Shown: positions 36,001 to 44,986 of the stretch, in pieces
How positions within the stretch are numbered: the first letter of the stretch is position 1
How the letters are laid out: each line of letters opens with the position of its first letter
Source: Bacteroidales bacterium
GTDB lineage: Bacteria > Bacteroidota > Bacteroidia > Bacteroidales > SZUA-534
Assembly (NCBI GenBank): GCA_045640185.1
Contig: JAZUEN010000020.1
Coordinates: 114,681 to 178,680 of the forward strand
Reading direction: 5' to 3'
Length of the DNA stretch: 64,000 nucleotides
Program-made: the position numbers and the translations under genes
The notes under the pieces: model-generated
Seen by the model: the letters and a program-made list of their open reading frames with translations, nothing else
Told to the model about the DNA's origin: nothing
Database searches by the model: none

Positions 36001-39000
36001 ACCTTCGACTGTTACTGATGCAGTACCCGTAGCGTCACCACAATCAGACTCGGTAGTTTTGACTTCTACAATCTTCAATGTGTCAGGGTTGACAATTGTC
36101 ACAGTGTCGAATGCTGAACATCCGTTTGCATCGACCACCATAACGTTGTATATGCCCTCGCCAACATTGGAAACGATAGAATCGTTTGAAACTACATAGC
36201 CTTCGCTATACCAAGTATAGACTAAGCTTCCTGAACCTCCGGTTGCCGTAGCATAGAATGATGCTTCAGTGTCACCAGCGCACCGGATTGGTTTGCTGAA
36301 TACTATAGATGGAACAATTGCGTCAGGCTGTTCAATTGTAAATGTCTCTGCTATCTGGCAATTTGATGTCAGGTCGGTAACGGTTACGGAATAATCGCCA
36401 GCCTGCAAGTTTGTTGCCGTGCTTTCGGTAGCTCCATTTGACCAAGCAAATGCGTAGTTGCCTGAACCACCATTTACTGCAAGAGCGACGCTACCTGAAT
36501 TGTCGTTATAGCATTCAAGGTTGTTTACCGTAGCTGTTACGTCCAAGTTAGATTCATCAACCATGGTAACATCATATGCTTCACTCTCGCATTCATTGCG
36601 ATCGACAATGACAGCCTTGTAGTTGCCGGCACCTACTTCTTCGAATGGGTTGTCCATACTTATATATACCAATGTTGAACTTACAGACTCAAACCACATA
36701 ACATCGTATGGCGCATTGCCTCCCTTAATATTAACAGCCTCTAACACACCAGTGTTGACTGAACACCCAGAAGGTGTCATAATGAAATCTGCAGTGATAG
36801 GCGCAGGTTCGCCAACTGTTCCACTAATTGTAGATTCGCAACCATTAGCATCGTAAACGGTAACCGTATATGTTCCTGCAGCAAGACCTGTGGCCTTTGC
36901 ATCCGTGCTTCCGTCGTGAGCCCATGAATAAGTGTATGGCGCAACACCGCCACAATCGGTAAGGTCAGGTTCCAAAGTGCCATCGGCTGAACCAGGGCAC
37001 TTGGCATCCACTGGAATCATTCTCTTAACCTCGAACTTGTCGACACCACCCACAATGGCGGTCTCATTGATAGCGCAATTGTGCTCGTCTTCCACCTTGA
37101 CATAGTATGTACCCTTTGGCAAATTAGTCGGGTCTTCGGCAGTTGATACTTCCTCGCCTGCTTCGTTTGTCCAATAGAATGATGGCGTCCCGTAAGCGCC
37201 TGTCACTGTAATGTCGATTGCACCATCGAAATTGCATCCGTTGGTGACATTTGTTATGCCATCGACACTGACAGCCAATTCAGAATCGTTGTTGACAGTA
37301 ATTGTATCATAAGCCTCACACATATTGGCGTCAGTTACAATCACGCTATATACGCCCTCTGTCAATCCACTAACGGTAGCGGTTGTTGCACCATTGCTCC
37401 ACAAGTATGAATATGGCTCAACACCGCCGCTTACTGTCAATTCTATTGAGCCGTCGGATCCACCGCAAGATGCTTTTGTTACATCATCTGTAACCACCAG
37501 TTTTTGTGGTTCATCAAGAACAAGGCTATAGTCGGATGCCTGACATCCGTTGGCATCAACAACTAACAGACCATAAGAACCGGCCTTAAGGTTTTCAGCA
37601 GAAGACTCCTCTGAAATAACGATGTTTTCTGCATCGACCCAAGAATAAGTGAAGTCTGCCATGCCACCCTCAACAACTACTGATAATGATCCGTTGTCGC
37701 CACCATTGCAAAGGATATCTTTTTTAGTTATGGTAAGAACCATTCCTGCTGGCTTGGTTGATACCAATGTATCGATTGAACATCCATTGGCGTCTTCAAT
37801 ATGGACCATATAGTCATCAGATGCAAGACCGGTAGCTGCTCCGTCAACAAATAAAGCAGTCGGGCAAGTAACATAATAAGGCTCAACACCGCCACTCAAC
37901 GCGAATGTTATAGAACCATCTACACCGGTACAGCTTGATATTGTAACATCGATATTGTCAATATTCAAAGCAGATGCGGGTTGAGAGATCTCAACTGTAT
38001 CCATAGACCAGCATGAATTTTCGTCTGTTACTTTTACGATATATGTGCCAGCAACCAAATTATCAATATCCTTTGTATTTAAAGTATCTACTTCATTCCA
38101 TTCATAACTGTATTCACCAACACCTTGTGTAGCAACAACTGATGCAGAACCATCGTTGCCACCGTAGCACATTACGTCGGTACCAGTAGCGTTAAGCACG
38201 ATTGGATCTGGAGAAAGGACTGTTATTGAACCTGACGCTGTGCAACCATAACTATCAGTAACGGTTACTGTGAAATCGCCGGCGCAAAGGTCAACAGTAT
38301 CTGTTCCCATTATTGAAGGATCGCTCCAAACGAATGAGTTAAACTCGCCTGAACCACCAATAACATTGACAACGGCGCGTGCATCACAAGTGCCGTAGCA
38401 ACTTGTGCGCAAACCCATAGGAACTATATAACGTGTTTCTCTGTGTGCCAAAATAGGATTACTTATTGTCTTCGAGTCAAACATTATTGTCTGCATTACG
38501 CCCTGACGGTTAATGTCGGTAAATGATATTGTCGCTCTTGTAAGAGTACCTACCGCATCGCCAAATACACTCTTTGCCACAACAGACCATCCGCCCTCAG
38601 CAGGATCCTTGCCATATATGTTTGTCCATTTAGCGGCATCAGTAATGTCAAATGTCCCTGTATAAGGTGCGGTCAAGGCTCTTAAGTCAAGTGCGGTTTC
38701 CGATTCGGTGGAGAATTTCAAGCCATCCATCGTCTTGTTTCTCATTACCGGACTAGCTGAGCCAGCAATGTCTTCACGATGGTTATACAGTTTCACCTCA
38801 GTTCCGTCTGGAGATACCAGATAAAAACCTACATAACCAAAATGTTCGTGAGTTAGCCACAATGAGACTTCAATCTTTGTGGATTCAGAAATAAGGAATG
38901 GAGTGATACTGCCTATTGCAACGCCCATTTCCGGATTGATTGTCAATACAACATCGTCGAATGCCGAACCGCAAGACATGCTTTGGGCTTCCATCGTAAG

Positions 39001-42000
39001 AGTTGCTGTTCCATTTGTAAGGTCATTAGCACCCGGAGTGTATGTAGGATTCAGTGCGTATTTGTCGTCAAATTCACCATCACCACTCGTGCTCCAAACT
39101 ATCGAGCTGTAGTTTTCTGCAGTTGCATCGGCCAATGTGTAATCAGAAGCATAGCAGACTACAGCATCGGCACCGGCAAATGCGCTTGGTCCCTGAATGT
39201 TTTCCACTGTTATGTCTTTAGTTGCTACACAGCCATTAGCATCGGTAACTGTATAAGTAAAGCTGTAAGTTCCTGCAATTGTACTTTCAAAAATCGGGTC
39301 GATGACATCGGTAGCCGAAAGGTTTGCAACGTCGCCTGTCCATGCATGAACATAAGGTGTCGCACCGCTTGTTACATTGCCGTAAAGCACGACGTTGCTG
39401 TTAGTGCAGCTGTTCATGTCGGCCAAGCCGATATTTGGCAAAGTGTTCACCATTACTACGTAGTCAGTAGCAGTGGCGGCCGAGCAACCATTGTCATTGG
39501 CATAGCTTACGCTGATGGTTTGGCTTCCTGCTGAAGTCCACTCAACAGTTACTGATGCAGTTTCTTCGCCACTGATAATGTTACCACCAGCTATTGTCCA
39601 CATGTAGCCTGTCATTCCAGTTTCAGTAGTGTAAGTCTGAACTGAATTCAAGCATACAGAATTTTCACCAGCTACAGTTGGAACTGGCAATGGGTTGATT
39701 GTTATTGTTTTAGTGCTAGTGACAGGAGTTGTGCAAGGTGCATTTGGATAGGCCGTCAAAGTAAGAGTCACACTGCCTGCCGCAATGTCTGCACTTCCAA
39801 TATTGTAAGTCGGGTTAAGTACACTTGCATCTGCAAAAGAACCATTCCCGTTTGATGTCCAAAGCAACGATGAATAGTTGACCGCACTAGCGTCATCAAC
39901 TGTATATGATGCCTGATCGGCGCAAATCGCGTCAGTGGCACCAGCGTCAACTATAGGCTCCTCAACAAATGTAATAGAAGCCTCGGCGTAATCATTGCAA
40001 CTGCCAGATTTTTCGGTCAAACGGACTGTGTAAGTGCCACCAGCCGTAGCTATAATGTCAGTGGTTGGTTTGTCTGGGTCAGAGAATGTGACAGCGTCGT
40101 TGCTGCTCCAATGCATTTCTGAACCCGAAACAGTTTGTACGGCAGTTGCATTGTATGTGAGTCCGCAAGCAGTTGCATCTGCAATTGCTGGTGCAGGAGT
40201 ACCATTAACTGTTAGCACCATCGACTTGGCACCATTTGTATTGCAACCTCCAACAGGAGTTGCCGTCAGAGTAACATTATATGGAGTTGTCTGATTAACT
40301 GAAGTATAGGTAACTGTAGAAGTTGTTCCAGCCAAACTTGCAGTTCCAAGAGAACCGAGAGAACCCGACATTGACCATGATACATTGGTGCAATGTGCAA
40401 TATCGGCGCTAATAGTGTAAGAATCGCCAGCACAAATTTCATCAGCCAACGAACTTAGCGTAATGGAAGGCTCTGCATTGAACTTTATGTCAATTGTTGT
40501 TGAACCTTCGCAACCATTTGCAACTTCAATGAGTTTAAATGAATAGACACCCTCTTGAGGTACAGTCACATTTGTGTGGCTTCCAGTTTTTGGGCTTATA
40601 GTTGCAGTACTTGGACCGCCAATCTGTTCCCAACTCAATGTGCCACCATACGATGCATTTCCAGTCAATGCATTTGTGAATCCGCATACATCGGCACCTC
40701 CTGCCGAGATGATTTCAGGAACAGGAGTTGGAGTAATAGTGAGCACCATTTCATCTGTTGCGTCACCACAATATTGATGATGAGTAGTTACTATAAGAGT
40801 TACAGTTCCTGCAGCAATTTCTGTTGCACTAGGAACATAAACTGGCTGTTCCATGGAATTCGTATAGAACGAGCCAGAGCCTGTAGATGATACCCAAGTG
40901 GTCGGATTTACTGCAATTGGTTCATCATTATGAATAGACGCATCAGACAAGATATATTCGCCATCACTTGCACAGATAGTTGCATCTGCACCTGCAAAAG
41001 CAGATGGAACTTCATAGAAAATCATCGTCTTCTCCGTATAATTTGAACAACCATTGAATTCTTCAGTGAAACGTATTGTATATGAGCCTTTGGCTGTTAC
41101 AATGATATTTGTGTTTGCATCGTTTGCATTGCTGAACGATGCGCTACCACCTGTTGGAGTACTTACTACCGACCAAGTACGAGTAGAACCAGCAAGAACA
41201 TTGCTTGCCGATATTGACTGAGTAAATCCGCAATTGGTTTCATCTGCAACTATTCCAGGATTTGGAGTACGCGTTACGGTGAGTAACATTTCATCAACTA
41301 CAGCGCCACAAACTGGCGAAGATGGAGTGCCTGTCACCAAAATCTTATAATCCTTTGAATCAATGCCATCTGGCAATACTGGAGTGAATTTCACATTTGC
41401 GCCAGTTGATGGAACAAATGTTCCTTCCCCCATTGACACTGCCCATGAAATTGCCTTGCAGTTATTTGCAGTAGCCTTTAGCTGATATGGATCGGCACTG
41501 CAAGTGACATCATTTTCTATTCCAAGTTCAATGCTTGGGGCTTCATTGAATGTTATTGCCACAAACGCGGGTAATGCGTTGGTGCAACCATTGCTGGTTT
41601 CTACCAATTGGAAAGCATAACTGCCTGCCTGGTTCACCTCAACTTTTACGGAAGTCTGAGTCAGTTCACTGAATGTCGCGTTCCCTGGACCTGTTTTCTT
41701 GCTAAAGAATAGGTCAGAACCTAATAACGCATTATCAATGGTAATTGTAGTTTCGAGTCCGCAAACCGATGAAAGCGCGCTCAACGATGGATTTGGAACT
41801 TGACTTACCGTAAGATTATATGTGTCGGATGGATGTTCGCTTGCACAAGCTCCGCTTCCGTGTGCTGTAGCTGTAAGGACTATTGTTTTGCCCTGGTCGC
41901 TTGGTGCAGGAGTATATGTTGTAGATGTGCCTGTTGCAGGGCTAAATGTACCATTGCCACCTGTCCACGTAATGTCAACAACATTGCTGGATGCAGTCAG

Positions 42001-44661
42001 ACTTATTTTTTCACTACCACATATTGTCTTGTCAGCGGTAATAATGTCGATTGTCGGCTCATCGTAGAAATCCAGTGTCAAATCACCAGACTCTGTTGAA
42101 CAACCAGCACCTGTTGTCTCTATAAAATAGAACTTGTATTCACCTGCTTGAGTTGCTGTGACATCGGTTGTTGCCGAAGTTGCATCTGCAAATGTAGCAG
42201 AACCACCACTGCGGGTGTACCATTTAATTGTATTGCCAGTTGCCACATTTGCGCTAATGGCTTTAGTCATGCCACAAACATCGCCGTCAGCTGTTACCAA
42301 AACTGGAGTTGGTGCGGCGTCGACTGTTACGTTCAGTGTCTTAACGTCTGGCGAGCATACTCCATTTCCGTTTGCAGTCAATGTTATTACTGCCGTGCCA
42401 GAGAATCCTGCATTTGGCGTGAATGTAGGAGCTAACGAAGTTGCGTTGCCCAATGTGCCATTTGTGCAGCTCCATGCGAAAGAACTGTAATATTCAACAT
42501 TTCCTGATAAATTAAGAGTTGCATTGTTGCATAAAGTAGTGGCACCTGTGTTTATTGTAGCCACCGGACTATGATATAGCGATACATTCACATTCGAGCT
42601 GTAACCTTCACATCCGTTGGCATTGGTTTCCTTTACTCTAAAGGTGTATGTTCCATCGGCATATACAGTGACATTAGAGCCTGAAAAATCAGCTCTACCT
42701 GGTCCGCTTACAAGCTCCCAAACCATTGTTCCGTCTTGCGATGCTGTTGCCTCAAGGGTTGTTGACCAGCCACAAACTTTACTGTTATCGGCTGTAGTTA
42801 CAGTTGGAGCAGGTGTGGTATAGAATGTCAATACCATTTCATCATCAACCGGATCGCAACCCGCAAGTCCTTCAGCAGTGAGTTTCAATGTTACGAAACC
42901 TTGTGTACGGTCAGCGCTAGATGGATTATATGTTGCATTCAGCGCGTTGCCGTTGGAGAAGGTTCCTGTACCGTCTGTTGTAGTCCATTCTACTGATTGA
43001 TAATTGCTGGCCGAACCATTTAATGTATATGAAATTTCAGTTTCGCACATTCCGCCATCAGCTCCTGCGTTTGCAACAGGCGCCGGATTAACCTCGATTG
43101 TCTCCGTATTTGCTATGGAAGGGCATCCCTTGCTGTCTTTTACGACAACTGTATAATAGCCCTCAGGCAAATTTTCTATGACATTTGTTTCACTGTTGTA
43201 TTGAATACCCGAAGTTGTATGTGTTGCAATATATGATGTATATATGCCAGTGCCACCTGTAGGAGTTACTGTGATTACGCCACTTGCCTCACCTTCGCAA
43301 GTCTCTGTCGATGCAAGCGTTGTGGTAATTTGTTCAAATGGGTAAACGTAATTAGAGTATTCTGGGAACTCGGACCAGTACTGAAATTCTATGGAGTTTT
43401 TACATCCATTTGCATCAGTTGCATAAATATCGACTTGTGAACCATCAATGAGATTTTCAAGATAGTCATCAGTGCCAAGTTCACCTTGCTCATACTCATC
43501 CCAAAAATAAGTATACGGACCAGTACCGCCAGTGGCACTTGCCTGCATTTTCTTTATAGGCTCACCAAAGCAATCCGGTTCATCTACTACTATAGCCTCA
43601 ACTTTAATAGGACCAGGCTCCAACACTGTTATTTCCTTTACGTCGCTTAATTGCGATGGCTTTCCATTAGGGCACCAAGCAACTCTATACTTACCTGCTG
43701 TACGGTTTCCTATTGTGTATGTTTTCTGTGAAGGAGCGATGCCTTGGCCGACTGGATTGGCAATTAGGTTCATGCCGTCTTGCCTGTACAGATATACATC
43801 GTAATATTCCGTCATGCCAGAAAAAGTTATTATGATTTCACCGTCATCATGAGTACCGCTGTCATTGGTATTACAAGAGACAGGTTCTTGACTTACAACG
43901 AAATCTGGACTCTCTCCAACCTTGCTTGCCGAGCGACCTTGCCTGATTACATCACCCAACTTGACATTTCCGTATATCGACAAATTGCCAGAGACTCCGT
44001 CCAGCATTGTCAGATCGGCATTGCTGGCATCGACTATTGATGCGCTGTTGTTCAGCAGTGTCTGCCATTTATCGTTGACATCAATTTTCGAGGTGCCGAA
44101 ATCAACCTCGACAACATTGTCACTATTGCTTATCAAATTCTCGCAAGCGATTGAGTTGCCGTTTGACTTGAAAGTTCCGTTATTGATTGTCAAGTTGCCA
44201 GTTGTGGTCAAATCCGACAACAATGTCCAATTGCCACCATCAATAATAATGTCGGCATCGAGTGGCGCCGCAAGGTTTATCGTCTGGTCGCCATCGGTAG
44301 CCAGAACCAAATCGCCACGCAACTTGCCGAAATCGACATTGGCATCGACGTTGACTGAGCCTGCAACCGTTATGTCCTTTTTGCCAGACACCGTGAATGT
44401 GGCATCCTGCGCATCAAGGCTATTGACATACGCCGGCTGGTTAACTTTGACCGTATTCTGACTGTCACTGAACGAATTTTGGTCGAACACGACATTAGTG
44501 TTCTGGTCTGGGACAGTTGCACCTGGAGTGCCACCTGACACTGTTGACCAGTGACTTTGGTCGGACCAATTGCCGCTACCATTCACCCAAAATCTCGACT
44601 CTTGACCAAATAGCTGTGATACAGCTAACAAAATCGATAAGGTTAAAATTTGTCTCTTCAT
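32803..44661 (-). CDS. Giant (3,952 aa) SprB-like cell-surface adhesin, T9SS type-B cargo
   Basis: Signal peptide MKRQILTLSILLAVSQLFGQ. It has about 20 SprB-type repeats (C.GG.(D/N)GS......GG..PY.Y.W ... V.D.NGC) and the C-terminal type-B sorting domain VFTPNADGHNDIWRIEGL...VTIYVFNRWGGRVW......WDGR.....PVPSGTYYYVI. A single uninterrupted ORF. Confidence 0.9.
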   Translation of the reverse strand: MKRQILTLSILLAVSQLFGQESRFWVNGSGNWSDQSHWSTVSGGTPGATVPDQNTNVVFDQNSFSDSQNTVKVNQPAYVNSLDAQDATFTVSGKKDITVAGSVNVDANVDFGKLRGDLVLATDGDQTINLAAPLDADIIIDGGNWTLLSDLTTTGNLTINNGTFKSNGNSIACENLISNSDNVVEVDFGTSKIDVNDKWQTLLNNSASIVDASNADLTMLDGVSGNLSIYGNVKLGDVIRQGRSASKVGESPDFVVSQEPVSCNTNDSGTHDDGEIIITFSGMTEYYDVYLYRQDGMNLIANPVGQGIAPSQKTYTIGNRTAGKYRVAWCPNGKPSQLSDVKEITVLEPGPIKVEAIVVDEPDCFGEPIKKMQASATGGTGPYTYFWDEYEQGELGTDDYLENLIDGSQVDIYATDANGCKNSIEFQYWSEFPEYSNYVYPFEQITTTLASTETCEGEASGVITVTPTGGTGIYTSYIATHTTSGIQYNSETNVIENLPEGYYTVVVKDSKGCPSIANTETIEVNPAPVANAGADGGMCETEISYTLNGSASNYQSVEWTTTDGTGTFSNGNALNATYNPSSADRTQGFVTLKLTAEGLAGCDPVDDEMVLTFYTTPAPTVTTADNSKVCGWSTTLEATASQDGTMVWELVSGPGRADFSGSNVTVYADGTYTFRVKETNANGCEGYSSNVNVSLYHSPVATINTGATTLCNNATLNLSGNVEYYSSFAWSCTNGTLGNATSLAPTFTPNAGFSGTAVITLTANGNGVCSPDVKTLNVTVDAAPTPVLVTADGDVCGMTKAISANVATGNTIKWYTRSGGSATFADATSATTDVTATQAGEYKFYFIETTGAGCSTESGDLTLDFYDEPTIDIITADKTICGSEKISLTASSNVVDITWTGGNGTFSPATGTSTTYTPAPSDQGKTIVLTATAHGSGACASEHPSDTYNLTVSQVPNPSLSALSSVCGLETTITIDNALLGSDLFFSKKTGPGNATFSELTQTSVKVEVNQAGSYAFQLVETSNGCTNALPAFVAITFNEAPSIELGIENDVTCSADPYQLKATANNCKAISWAVSMGEGTFVPSTGANVKFTPVLPDGIDSKDYKILVTGTPSSPVCGAVVDEMLLTVTRTPNPGIVADETNCGFTQSISASNVLAGSTRTWSVVSTPTGGSASFSNANDANTNIIVTAKGSYTIRFTEEFNGCSNYTEKTMIFYEVPSAFAGADATICASDGEYILSDASIHNDEPIAVNPTTWVSSTGSGSFYTNSMEQPVYVPSATEIAAGTVTLIVTTHHQYCGDATDEMVLTITPTPVPEIISAGGADVCGFTNALTGNASYGGTLSWEQIGGPSTATISPKTGSHTNVTVPQEGVYSFKLIEVANGCEGSTTIDIKFNAEPSITLSSLADEICAGDSYTISADIAHCTNVSWSMSGSLGSLGTASLAGTTSTVTYTSVNQTTPYNVTLTATPVGGCNTNGAKSMVLTVNGTPAPAIADATACGLTYNATAVQTVSGSEMHWSSNDAVTFSDPDKPTTDIIATAGGTYTVRLTEKSGSCNDYAEASITFVEEPIVDAGATDAICADQASYTVDDASAVNYSSLLWTSNGNGSFADASVLNPTYNIGSADIAAGSVTLTLTAYPNAPCTTPVTSTKTITINPLPVPTVAGENSVCLNSVQTYTTETGMTGYMWTIAGGNIISGEETASVTVEWTSAGSQTISVSYANDNGCSAATATDYVVMVNTLPNIGLADMNSCTNSNVVLYGNVTSGATPYVHAWTGDVANLSATDVIDPIFESTIAGTYSFTYTVTDANGCVATKDITVENIQGPSAFAGADAVVCYASDYTLADATAENYSSIVWSTSGDGEFDDKYALNPTYTPGANDLTNGTATLTMEAQSMSCGSAFDDVVLTINPEMGVAIGSITPFLISESTKIEVSLWLTHEHFGYVGFYLVSPDGTEVKLYNHREDIAGSASPVMRNKTMDGLKFSTESETALDLRALTAPYTGTFDITDAAKWTNIYGKDPAEGGWSVVAKSVFGDAVGTLTRATISFTDINRQGVMQTIMFDSKTISNPILAHRETRYIVPMGLRTSCYGTCDARAVVNVIGGSGEFNSFVWSDPSIMGTDTVDLCAGDFTVTVTDSYGCTASGSITVLSPDPIVLNATGTDVMCYGGNDGSASVVATQGVGEYSYEWNEVDTLNTKDIDNLVAGTYIVKVTDENSCWSMDTVEISQPASALNIDNIDVTISSCTGVDGSITFALSGGVEPYYVTCPTALFVDGAATGLASDDYMVHIEDANGCSIDTLVSTKPAGMVLTITKKDILCNGGDNGSLSVVVEGGMADFTYSWVDAENIVISEESSAENLKAGSYGLLVVDANGCQASDYSLVLDEPQKLVVTDDVTKASCGGSDGSIELTVSGGVEPYSYLWSNGATTATVSGLTEGVYSVIVTDANMCEAYDTITVNNDSELAVSVDGITNVTNGCNFDGAIDITVTGAYGTPSFYWTNEAGEEVSTAEDPTNLPKGTYYVKVEDEHNCAINETAIVGGVDKFEVKRMIPVDAKCPGSADGTLEPDLTDCGGVAPYTYSWAHDGSTDAKATGLAAGTYTVTVYDANGCESTISGTVGEPAPITADFIMTPSGCSVNTGVLEAVNIKGGNAPYDVMWFESVSSTLVYISMDNPFEEVGAGNYKAVIVDRNECESEAYDVTMVDESNLDVTATVNNLECYNDNSGSVALAVNGGSGNYAFAWSNGATESTATNLQAGDYSVTVTDLTSNCQIAETFTIEQPDAIVPSIVFSKPIRCAGDTEASFYATATGGSGSLVYTWYSEGYVVSNDSIVSNVGEGIYNVMVVDANGCSAFDTVTIVNPDTLKIVEVKTTESDCGDATGTASVTVEGGVGQYSYYWRTLTGDDIVSYEANPSNLGVDIYRLEIIDALGCSVADTIEINDNGTLDFQIKNIIPVPCASYCTGSATIGYVFDDAGNVYDDDSNLQFIWNNDPNDNGRFTNSLCLGTNTVTVINQDGCRKVKEVVITDELALRVANVANYPDLNGGDSNCNGELVVSVAGGIGNYSYAWSDVYGNAIESDDTETTTSINKLCEGYYTLHIEDENLSGCSVDTTIAVEHRPLLYQVVKNVPNICFGGNNGALEVVGVGGYYEGYQYKWTSANWPADFVATTASIENLQGGWYVFTISQRQGRASITDSLFVEQPSDRISTMFVTDGSDCHVANGSIRILKTIGGKAPFTYNFSNESWTADSVKNSDNGVTLSGIGVGNYKLRIVDDKGCVQDSIFSIPDNSNFVLNAGVTDLRCFEVPEGGIALSPTSKNGTNFKYLWSTGDSTNSISGLQAGTYSVKVVDDSSCVRMDTFVVTQPDKITFEITDIVSAMCSASNEATITLDSICGGRDIESCLVGDSIFDIKGKASPITLSGIASGKYSVIVEENNGGCQSDPIDIVVGSRYPSFAVSDSIVDASCLNMKADGTLALDGGIILEAMINPFVFSQVSETVLSTSSESTTLDDLWYKIGESKPNNSGVFKGLEAGTYTVTVGYGEDMVCPQEFTATVASKSNFSITEAAFYMNGNNQTSVYTCPDNELSAFVTASTPFSYRFYAAYDENAEPAELPIVSPVDTAPAPADTTVIDSTFADSTLAYINRFRTIRYAADSISGDSASVDTTVIVPVVETPKYKLDTVGGVVYVVFGEGDNVSAGQKGWVDNFLPYGTETYYYFMAKDGICMDIDSIKATAMNPVYKLRATISMDDAGPGDLLIDGVYEVAEGARIQLDANDLEFDFNETIYVENGWTWGAAPVDDKSSNAGIKPESTLNDNPIAVQPYGNLMIKVRDSVAFNVYSIDTTLVCYYYDSVRLNSLNGIRPAEVFTPNADGHNDIWRIEGLSSYDKVTIYVFNRWGGRVWQYSGSGRDYSANQWDGRNEKDKPVPSGTYYYVIQCSDDVLGGKKTTGPVTILR
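34250..38405 (-). repeat. Array of about 18 SprB-type repeats (protein-level tandem repeats)
   Basis: Each recurrent unit of about 75-85 aa starts with a Cys-Gly-rich strand (CYGGNDGSASV, CNGGDNGSLSV, CGGSDGSIEL and others) and ends with V.D.NGC. Two further units lie near the N-terminus (about 43100-43600). Confidence 0.75.
38515..38885 (-). other. Proprotein-convertase P-domain-like module embedded in the adhesin
   Basis: KIEVSLWLTHEHFGYVGFYLVSPDGTEVKLYNH...KWTNIYGKDPAEGGWSVVAKSVFGDAVGTLTRATISF follows the P-domain pattern (H.y.gDL...L.SP.GT...L ... G..p.G.W.L.v.D......G.L..w.L.F). Confidence 0.55.
38925..43090 (-). repeat. Strictly alternating two-module (type I / type II) Ig-like array, about 7-8 dyads
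   Basis: Type I is A(G)AD..IC....Y.L...A.NYSS..W...G.G.F......LNPTY.P...D...G.VTLTLTA.....C.....D...LTI.P.P. Type II is ......VCG....L.A.......W....GPG.A.FS.........V......G.Y.F...E....GC........V.F...P. The two types alternate without exception over roughly 1,380 aa. Confidence 0.7.
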
Positions 44662-44986
44662 AACTTTATATTATTGAAGTGTTGCTATTTCAAACTTTTC
44701 CCAAGCCACTACGCTCGGATACTAAAAGTGCATAAAAGTAAAATTTTTATATACTCACACATTTTTGTTTTGATAATCTACCGATAAAGTCGGTTAAACT
44801 ACCAAAAACCGTTGTCTAAATAATTTTTCGGGAAGAAATCGGGGCTCTTCGCACCTCACAAGATGGCACTTTCCCTATCAGAAAACACCTGTGAAAGCGT
44901 CGCCAACCCTTGGCCATACCCACACAAGCGACAAAATGGCCTGAGAAAAGTTCTGGCTGACAATGGGTAGCTCGGCTGATATGGTC

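Noticed and set aside
32803-44661. Many 60-183-aa ORFs on the plus strand, and repetitive DNA that could be mistaken for a CRISPR or satellite array
   Set aside because: All of them are antisense or out of frame within one continuous 3,952-codon ORF. The repeats are at the protein-domain level (75-95 aa, diverged), with no short identical repeats or spacers.
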